The translations under genes were made by a program, and so were the position numbers. This document shows positions 26,371 to 32,000 of a stretch of 32,000 nucleotides of DNA, in pieces. Source of the DNA: an uncultured bacterium (GTDB lineage Bacteria > Margulisbacteria > WOR-1 > CAVSGV01); contig OY969425.1 of assembly GCA_963699255.1 (NCBI GenBank), positions 690,001 through 722,000 of the forward strand, in the 5' to 3' direction. How positions within the stretch are numbered: position 1 is the first letter of the stretch; each line of letters opens with the position of its first letter. The notes under the pieces are model-generated. The model worked only from the letters and a program-made list of their open reading frames with translations, did no database searches and was not told the DNA's origin.

Positions 26371-26744
26371 GACATTTTACCGATTTGATCGTGTGGCAAA
26401 AAGGTAATGAATTAGCCATTTTGGTATATTCCTTAACCAGCAAATTCCCCAAAAATGAACTTTTTGGACTTACAAATCAGCTCAGGAGAGCTGCCACTTC
26501 AATCCCGGCAAACATCGCCGAAGGAATGGGAAGAGGAAGTTATCCTGATAGAGCAAGATTTTATTACAATGCCAGAGGCTCGATATATGAAGTTGAAAGC
26601 TACCTCATTGTCTCTAAAGAACTGAAGCATCTTGATGTTGATAAGTTTACAAAAGCAATGGATTTATTGAACTCAACAAGAATGCTATTGAATGCTTTTA
26701 TAGCAAAGACCTTGAAAATAGGAAATGAGAGAGTATTAACCTGA
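26346..26744 (+). CDS. Four-helix-bundle protein, S23 / 23S rRNA intervening-sequence (IVP) family
   Basis: HFTDLIVWQKGNELAILVYSLTSKFPKNELFGLTNQLRRAATSIPANIAEGMGRGSYPDRARFYYNARGSIYEVESYLI; highly characteristic motif string. Confidence 0.95.
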   Translation: MCEMRDAIRHFTDLIVWQKGNELAILVYSLTSKFPKNELFGLTNQLRRAATSIPANIAEGMGRGSYPDRARFYYNARGSIYEVESYLIVSKELKHLDVDKFTKAMDLLNSTRMLLNAFIAKTLKIGNERVLT

Positions 26745-26754
26745 GATGTATTTT

Positions 26755-26788
26755 CTCATCTCTGATCTCACATCTCTCATCTCATTTT
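26755..26788 (-). repeat. Heptad microrepeat array, inverted relative to the left one
   Basis: CTCATCTCTGATCTCACATCTCTCATCTCATTTT on plus strand; 7-bp phase; TCACATCTCTCATCTC (26768-26783) is the reverse complement of 26352-26367 with one mismatch. Confidence 0.8.
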
Positions 26789-26809
26789 ATTAAAAGGAGG
26801 TGATAACCA

Positions 26810-27211
26810 ATGATGTCTTTGAACAGGACCATCCTCGTCGGCCGCCTGGCCGCCGATCCTGAAGTCCGCTACACCACGAACGAGATACCTGTCGCAAGGT
26901 TCGCCCTCGCGGTCGGAAGGCCGTCAAAAAACGGCAAAAATGAAGTTGATTTTATCAATATAGTCGCCTGGAGGGGGCTCGCGAAGATCTGCGGCGAATA
27001 CCTGAAAAAAGGTAAACCAATAGCTATTGAAGGGAAACTTCAGATAAGGAAATACGAAAAAGACGGGCAGAAACGGTCTTTTACCGAAGTCGTGGCAAGC
27101 AATATGCAGATGCTCGATACGAAGTTTTTTAAGGAATCGGACAGCGGCGAAACCAAAGAAGAAGAGGAAGAGCTGGAGATCGAAGAAAAACCCGCGAAAA
27201 GCAAGAAATAA
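26810..27211 (+). CDS. ssb: Single-stranded DNA-binding protein
   Basis: LNRTILVGRLAADPEVRYTTNEIPVARFALAVGR, acidic/lysine tail; strong Shine-Dalgarno GGAGGTGAT at 26797-26805. Confidence 0.95.
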   Translation: MMSLNRTILVGRLAADPEVRYTTNEIPVARFALAVGRPSKNGKNEVDFINIVAWRGLAKICGEYLKKGKPIAIEGKLQIRKYEKDGQKRSFTEVVASNMQMLDTKFFKESDSGETKEEEEELEIEEKPAKSKK

Positions 27212-27225
27212 ATAATGAACGGGCC

Positions 27226-27867
27226 TCAGGCTTTACCGCTTGGGGCCCCTCCCCTAAAAAATATGTATATCCCGCCCAGAATGAGCATAAGTCCGCAGAG
27301 ATAAGTGAATATCTTGAAAACTCTCTGGTCGATCCTGCTGCCGACAAGCGGAATGACCGCTCCAAGCAGAAGCAACGGGGATATTATGGTGCCGATCCCG
27401 AAAGAGAAGCTGTAGACCAGGCCAGCCAGAAAACTATTGGAAATAAAAGCTATCTCCAGAAGCACGCCGATAAGCGGAATGCACGGCGACAAACCGACCA
27501 GTACGCCAAGAACAGCCGCATTCCCCTCTCCCACGCCGCAAAACCTGAAACGGATCTCTTTGCCCAGCATCACCGCGACACCGATGGAGATAAGAAAAAC
27601 CGATAAGATCGTCTGGATATAGTAATAAAAACCTGAAGCGTAATAATACTTCAAAAGGAACGCGCCGAAATATCCGAACAGCCCGCCGAGGATCGTGTAA
27701 ACCACGAGTCTCCCGAGAGAAAAGCTTAGCGCGGCAAAAAATCCCTCCTGCCACGTTTTCTTTGTACCTGCGATGGGAAGCATTATAGGGGCGCAGGTGA
27801 CGAGGCAGGGCCCGAAACCCAGGAAAAACCCCTGAAGACCAAGATATAGGATTTTGCCTATGTCCAT
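27226..27867 (-). CDS. CcdA/DsbD-like (sulfite exporter TauE/UreH-type) membrane protein
   Basis: GFFLGFGPCLVTCAPIMLPIAG and GVLVGLSPCIPLIGVLLEIAF repeated Cys-Pro motifs with 6 TM helices. Start 27867 (MDIGKIL) preferred over the track start 27918. Confidence 0.75.
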   Translation of the reverse strand: MDIGKILYLGLQGFFLGFGPCLVTCAPIMLPIAGTKKTWQEGFFAALSFSLGRLVVYTILGGLFGYFGAFLLKYYYASGFYYYIQTILSVFLISIGVAVMLGKEIRFRFCGVGEGNAAVLGVLVGLSPCIPLIGVLLEIAFISNSFLAGLVYSFSFGIGTIISPLLLLGAVIPLVGSRIDQRVFKIFTYLCGLMLILGGIYIFFRGGAPSGKA

Positions 27868-27905
27868 ACAATATGTATAATATACCATTACGGCAGGGAG
27901 ATAAA

Positions 27906-30056
27906 ATGTTTTTCCCATTGATCGCTATAGGGTTCGCATCGATCATAGTCCAGATACTTCTCCTGAGAGAACTGGTCACGGTATTCAACGGCAACGAACT
28001 GACCTACGGCATATCTCTTATGATCTGGCTTGCCGCAACGGGGCTTGGCGGGTACGCCGCCGGCAGGTTGATAAAAAGGTTCAAAGACGCGCCAAAGACC
28101 CTGATATATACACAGCTTGCCGTTTCTTTGCTTGTGCCGGCAGAGATCTATTTCGCGAGAATATCGAAGATATTGTTCAATATCCCCTCGGGCTCCATAC
28201 CGGACATGAAGTCCATTTTCATCATATCTCTCCTCTCGATGGCGCCGGCATGCCTGCTTTTCGGGTCGCTTTTCACTCTGGGAAGCAAGGCTCTTCTCGA
28301 TATCAGCGATATGTATATCGCCGAAAGCCTCGGCGCCGTCATCGGCGGCGTGGTCTTCAGCTTTATCCTGATATATTTCTTCGATCCTTTCCAGATAGCC
28401 GGCATTATCGGCGCTGTATTGTCCATTTCCTCGATTTATACTTATAAGAATTTCATACAGCCCAATACAAAGCCAAAAACAGCAAGGCTCGTGATCTTTG
28501 CCCTCGTCCTTGCTATAAATTTTATGTTTATCCATCCTTATGGCGTAAAGCTCGATCATTACTCCGCAAAAGCCCAGTTCGGCGGACTGAACCTGGTCAG
28601 GTCCGTCGATTCGATCTACGGCAGGATCTCCGTCATAGAAGACAAAGGGTCCTACAGTTATTTTGAGGGCGGCGATCTGGTTTTCTCAACGGCTTCCGTT
28701 CCCGAGAACGAGGAGATCGCGCACCTCTCCTTTCTTGAAAGCGGCGGTGCCCGGAATGTCCTGCTGATCGGAGGCGGTCCGGCCCTGATACCGGAGATAT
28801 TGAAACACAGGATAAGAAAACTTGATTATGTGGAATTCGACCCGAAACTTGCTCAGCTCTCCGGAGGCAAATACCCGGCCATCGTGACGGACGGCAGGTT
28901 TTTCATCAAAACAACAAAAGAGCTGTATGATCTGATCATTGTGAACCTCGGGGATCCTATCAACGCATCCACCGGAAGATTTTACACTGTGGAATTCATG
29001 AAAGAATGCGGGAAAAAGCTGGGACACGGCGGCGTGCTGGCGCTAAGGATCTCCGGCTCCGCGGATTTCATGGGCAAAGAAACGAGAGCTCTCAATTCAT
29101 CGATATATAAGACCCTGAACCTTGTTTTTCCGGAAGTGACCATTATCCCCGGCGCATACATTTATTATTTCTCGTCGAACTCAAACGGGATCCTGACCGA
29201 TGACGCTGAAGAGCTGGTAAAAAGATGGGAGTCTCAAAATGTGCGCGCGAAATATTTCAATTCACTGTCCATCCCCCACCTGGTCACGCCTGATAGGCTG
29301 AATTATGTCAAAAAGGCGGTCAAATATGATGCCGCCACGAAAATAAGCTCTGATCTTCATCCGATATCCTATCTTTACAGCATCCTGGTATGGTTAAGCT
29401 ATTTCCCCGGCTTGATGAACATCCCGATGCAAAAAGCGCTGGCCGTAAAACCCGGAAGCCTGATGCTCTGGCTTTTTGTTCTGGCAGTGATATTCAAGTT
29501 CGCCGGATACAGGATCAAAGCGATCAAAGATTCGTCTGTTCCGGCGGTCGTAGCCTTAATAGGATTCACCGCCATGTCCCTCCAGCTTTTGACGATATAC
29601 TCCTTTGAGTCGATATACGGCTACATTTATTTCAAGATCGGACTTTTGACGGCGGTTTTCATGGGGGGACTTGCCGCGGGGAGTTTCCTCGTCAACTCGA
29701 AATTCAAGCGGGCAAAGATCGGGCCCATCATTGCGCTTCTTCTGACGGCGACAGCCGCCTTCGCGCTCTATCTTAACGCAGCACCGGCACTTGATTACAG
29801 GCTCTCGGAATACATGATCCCTGTCTTTTCATTTATATTCGCGGCGCTTGCGGGCGCTGTTTTCCCCGCGGCGGTAAGGGACTATGGATCAAACAGCATT
29901 GAGAACAAGGCCGGAGTGCTTTACGGCAGCGATCTTCTGGGCGGAGCCGCTTCAGCGATATTGACAAGCGTATTGTTCATGCCTGTTTTCGGAATAATGG
30001 GAACGATAGCAGTGCCGGTGAGTTTATGCTTGGCCAGCCTGATCCTTCTACTGTGA
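27906..30056 (+). CDS. Polytopic membrane protein with spermidine-synthase-like (SAM-binding) domain
   Basis: N-terminal TM bundle, ARNVLLIGGGPALIPEILKHRIRKLDYVEFDPKLAQLSG, DLIIVNLGDPINASTGRFYTVEFM, C-terminal TM bundle. GGGAG before ATG 27906. Confidence 0.85.
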   Translation: MFFPLIAIGFASIIVQILLLRELVTVFNGNELTYGISLMIWLAATGLGGYAAGRLIKRFKDAPKTLIYTQLAVSLLVPAEIYFARISKILFNIPSGSIPDMKSIFIISLLSMAPACLLFGSLFTLGSKALLDISDMYIAESLGAVIGGVVFSFILIYFFDPFQIAGIIGAVLSISSIYTYKNFIQPNTKPKTARLVIFALVLAINFMFIHPYGVKLDHYSAKAQFGGLNLVRSVDSIYGRISVIEDKGSYSYFEGGDLVFSTASVPENEEIAHLSFLESGGARNVLLIGGGPALIPEILKHRIRKLDYVEFDPKLAQLSGGKYPAIVTDGRFFIKTTKELYDLIIVNLGDPINASTGRFYTVEFMKECGKKLGHGGVLALRISGSADFMGKETRALNSSIYKTLNLVFPEVTIIPGAYIYYFSSNSNGILTDDAEELVKRWESQNVRAKYFNSLSIPHLVTPDRLNYVKKAVKYDAATKISSDLHPISYLYSILVWLSYFPGLMNIPMQKALAVKPGSLMLWLFVLAVIFKFAGYRIKAIKDSSVPAVVALIGFTAMSLQLLTIYSFESIYGYIYFKIGLLTAVFMGGLAAGSFLVNSKFKRAKIGPIIALLLTATAAFALYLNAAPALDYRLSEYMIPVFSFIFAALAGAVFPAAVRDYGSNSIENKAGVLYGSDLLGGAASAILTSVLFMPVFGIMGTIAVPVSLCLASLILLL

Positions 30057-30102
30057 TCCTATGGTAAGCACCTTGGTTCCACGCCCACGACCCAAAAAAT
30101 AA

Positions 30103-30654
30103 TTATTTATCCTCGACAAGGCGGACCGCGATAAAATAATGTCGGACCTCGGGGTTGTCGCCGTACCGGAGCAAATTCCTTATTGAACTAATAACGAACA
30201 TATTCTCTTTTTCGTGTTCAGTTTCGGTCCATTCCCACTTTTTCCCCGACAATTGATCTTTTACCATACGTTTAGCCGTCAGCAATTCTTCTTCGGTCGG
30301 GATCCTGAATTTTCTGCCGGTTTTCTCGCTGAGCCATTTTGCAAACGCCCTGCCATCAACCAGACTTAAGTGGGCAATTTTATCGGTCTCCCACCATTTT
30401 CCAATGGCAGAAACAAGTTCATCAGCATTGAACCCTTTGATCTCATATCCCGTGTTTTTCACGAATTTCCTGAAAAGTCCGACAGTTATTTCATCTCTCA
30501 TGATCCTATATGGTCTCCCCGGAACATCTATCATTTCGGGTGCAAGCGATAAGGGCCTTGAATATGCCATGCCCTTGAACACCGATCGCGTCCCAAGAAC
30601 AACTTTTCTCGTCAGGATCGAAATTTTATTGATGTCCGCTTTATATCCGACCAT
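30103..30654 (-). CDS. Formylglycine-generating-enzyme-like (SUMF1/CLec-type) small protein
   Basis: GRPYRIMRDEITVGLFRKFVKNTGYE...LSLVDGRAFAKWLSEKTGRKFRIPTEEE; GGGG-AAAGAT-ATG supports start 30654 rather than track start 30708. Confidence 0.65.
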   Translation of the reverse strand: MVGYKADINKISILTRKVVLGTRSVFKGMAYSRPLSLAPEMIDVPGRPYRIMRDEITVGLFRKFVKNTGYEIKGFNADELVSAIGKWWETDKIAHLSLVDGRAFAKWLSEKTGRKFRIPTEEELLTAKRMVKDQLSGKKWEWTETEHEKENMFVISSIRNLLRYGDNPEVRHYFIAVRLVEDK

Positions 30655-30769
30655 ATCTTTCCCCTTAGATGCTCCGATATTAATATCGTTGTATATCATT
30701 ATCGGCAAAATGACCTGAATATTTCAGTGGTTTGCAAGAATATTTATGCGGTCGGTTATTTTTGGTTTT

Positions 30770-32000
30770 CTATTCTTCCTCTTTGAACACATCTGCGGTA
30801 AAAATGTAGAGGCGGGTGTTGGGATCTTTCAGCGCTGAAACAGGAAGGCCCGCCTTGTAGCAAACATTCTCCAGGAATTGTTCTCTTGTCCACTTGTTCT
30901 CCGTAGCTACCTGGGGAAGGAAAACACCGCTCTGCCCGCCGTTCTCGATCAAGACCCCGTTCTTCCCGACAACAACTTCATTTGTGCTGGTTATCGCCTG
31001 CATCGGGGAAAGTATGGATATCTCTATCTTAATGTTCGGCAGCTCTTCGGTAGTGACCGCAGTGAATCTGGTATCCTCCGTTGCCGCCGCGATTGCCATG
31101 TCGGAAACCGCCGAATAAAGTTGTTTGACGGGTTTAAGGTAGCCGATGCATCCCCTCAGCTGGCCGTTATTTGTAAGAGTGACAAAAACGCCGTACTTCT
31201 GCTGAAGTTCCTTTTCATATATCATGAAGTCCGGAATTTGCTTTGTGCTCAGGTAGCTCTCCAGCGTCTTCCTCGCGATCTCAAGAAGCCTGGTTTTCTC
31301 GGATTCATCCAGGACAAGCGGCCGCCTGTAAATGGCGGCGGACAGGTATCCGACGACCGACGACTTGTCCCCCGTCACATCCCCCGTGTCCGCATATTTC
31401 AATATCTCATAACTGTTGGCATAAAGCCGGTCGGCTGCCATCATCGCCGTAATAACAGGCCCGTAGCCGCACATTTCGCATTCGCCCGTAGCAAGCTTTT
31501 GCACCAGAGCGTTCAGGTCGCCTTTTGATATTGCGTCGATCGCGGCCGCGTCCATCGTGCTTGACACTTCATAGGTGTGATAATGAGAAAGATCGGTACT
31601 GGCGACAAGAAGGACCTTTTTTTTGCCGATCGACTTCAATATCGCCTGCGCGAGTATATTGCTGTTCTCGATCGACTGGTAACCGAACACTATCGGGACG
31701 ATCTTGAAGTTCTTAAGCGTTTTCTGAAGGAAAGGGATCTGGACCTCCACCGAGTGCTCTTTGTCCCATGCTTCCTTAACGTATTTTATTTTAGGATCAC
31801 AGGACATCAGGCTTGCAGCCATTTCCTTGTCGATCTTCACTCTTCCGAGTGGCGTTTCATATTCGCCCTCAGGAATGACGGACAATCCGTCAAACATAGT
31901 GTAATGGCTGGGCCCCATTATTATGACCGTATCAAAGCTCTTGTTCGTCAGCTGCTTGTAAGCATAAGCCGCGACCTTGCCTGAATACTGATAGCCCGCG
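30770..32000 (-). CDS. Memo-like plus AMMECR1 fusion protein (AmmeMemoRadiSam proteins B+A); 5' end beyond window
   Basis: Memo part AGYQYSGKVAAYAYKQLTNKSFDTVIIMGPSHYTMFDGLSV...DKEHSVEVQIPFLQ...LVASTDLSHYH; AMMECR1 part GVFVTLTNNGQLRGCIGYLKPVKQLYSAVSDMAIAAATEDTRFTAVT. Confidence 0.92.
   Translation of the reverse strand, partial: AGYQYSGKVAAYAYKQLTNKSFDTVIIMGPSHYTMFDGLSVIPEGEYETPLGRVKIDKEMAASLMSCDPKIKYVKEAWDKEHSVEVQIPFLQKTLKNFKIVPIVFGYQSIENSNILAQAILKSIGKKKVLLVASTDLSHYHTYEVSSTMDAAAIDAISKGDLNALVQKLATGECEMCGYGPVITAMMAADRLYANSYEILKYADTGDVTGDKSSVVGYLSAAIYRRPLVLDESEKTRLLEIARKTLESYLSTKQIPDFMIYEKELQQKYGVFVTLTNNGQLRGCIGYLKPVKQLYSAVSDMAIAAATEDTRFTAVTTEELPNIKIEISILSPMQAITSTNEVVVGKNGVLIENGGQSGVFLPQVATENKWTREQFLENVCYKAGLPVSALKDPNTRLYIFTADVFKEEE

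Noticed and set aside
26346-26744. 23S rRNA intervening sequence
   Set aside because: Protein family fits but no rRNA sequence flanks it; both neighbours are protein-coding genes.
26296-26788. CRISPR array or diversity-generating retroelement around the four-helix-bundle protein (Avd-like fold)
   Set aside because: Repeats are 7-bp phased without spacers, and no reverse transcriptase, template repeat or Cas gene is visible in the window.
27212-27250. Intrinsic terminator after ssb (GGGCC...GGCCC)
   Set aside because: Stem is short, the loop long, and there is no clear T-run on the plus strand; not supportable.
27888-28559. Minus-strand ORF of 223 aa
   Set aside because: Antisense to the spermidine-synthase-like gene; no support.

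Overview
This is a typical chromosomal stretch from an uncultured-type bacterium. It is mostly dense housekeeping operons with many 4-nt ATGA start/stop overlaps. Content, left to right: start of larE (minus, off left edge); a Spy-like / YHS / Met-Cys-rich membrane protein / P1B copper ATPase cassette; pfkA; biotin genes bioA, bioD, bioF, bioB (minus) divergent from bioH-like and bioC (plus); a sulfur cluster (Rrf2 regulator, cysK, COG1900/DUF39, NIL-ferredoxin); ferritin-like/VIT1 protein; lipase plus glpK; DUF167; HEAT-repeat protein; a GlpA-like FAD oxidoreductase / NAD-FAD oxidoreductase / DUF1667 trio; stand-alone LigD-type 3'-phosphoesterase; an orphan protein; nth; TPR-MBL protein (split) and Mut7-C protein; a four-helix-bundle (S23/IVP-like) gene; ssb; a CcdA/DsbD-like membrane protein; a membrane spermidine-synthase-like protein; a formylglycine-enzyme-like fragment; and a Memo-AMMECR1 fusion (off right edge). 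The most unusual signal is a dispersed set of short microrepeats with a 7-bp period (AGATGNG, TAATCTC, GGATTTC). They sit inside genes as apparent in-frame insertions (bioA twice, bioH) and at gene ends, where they supply start or stop codons. They also flank the four-helix-bundle gene in inverted orientation, with an identical 16-mer shared between that flank and bioH. A second signal is repeated TATAAT-like boxes only 8-11 nt upstream of ATG, which suggests leaderless mRNAs. Four probable single-base frame disruptions (bioF, bioC, NIL-ferredoxin, MBL) should be checked against reads before any biological reading. All calls are from sequence inspection; no database search was run.
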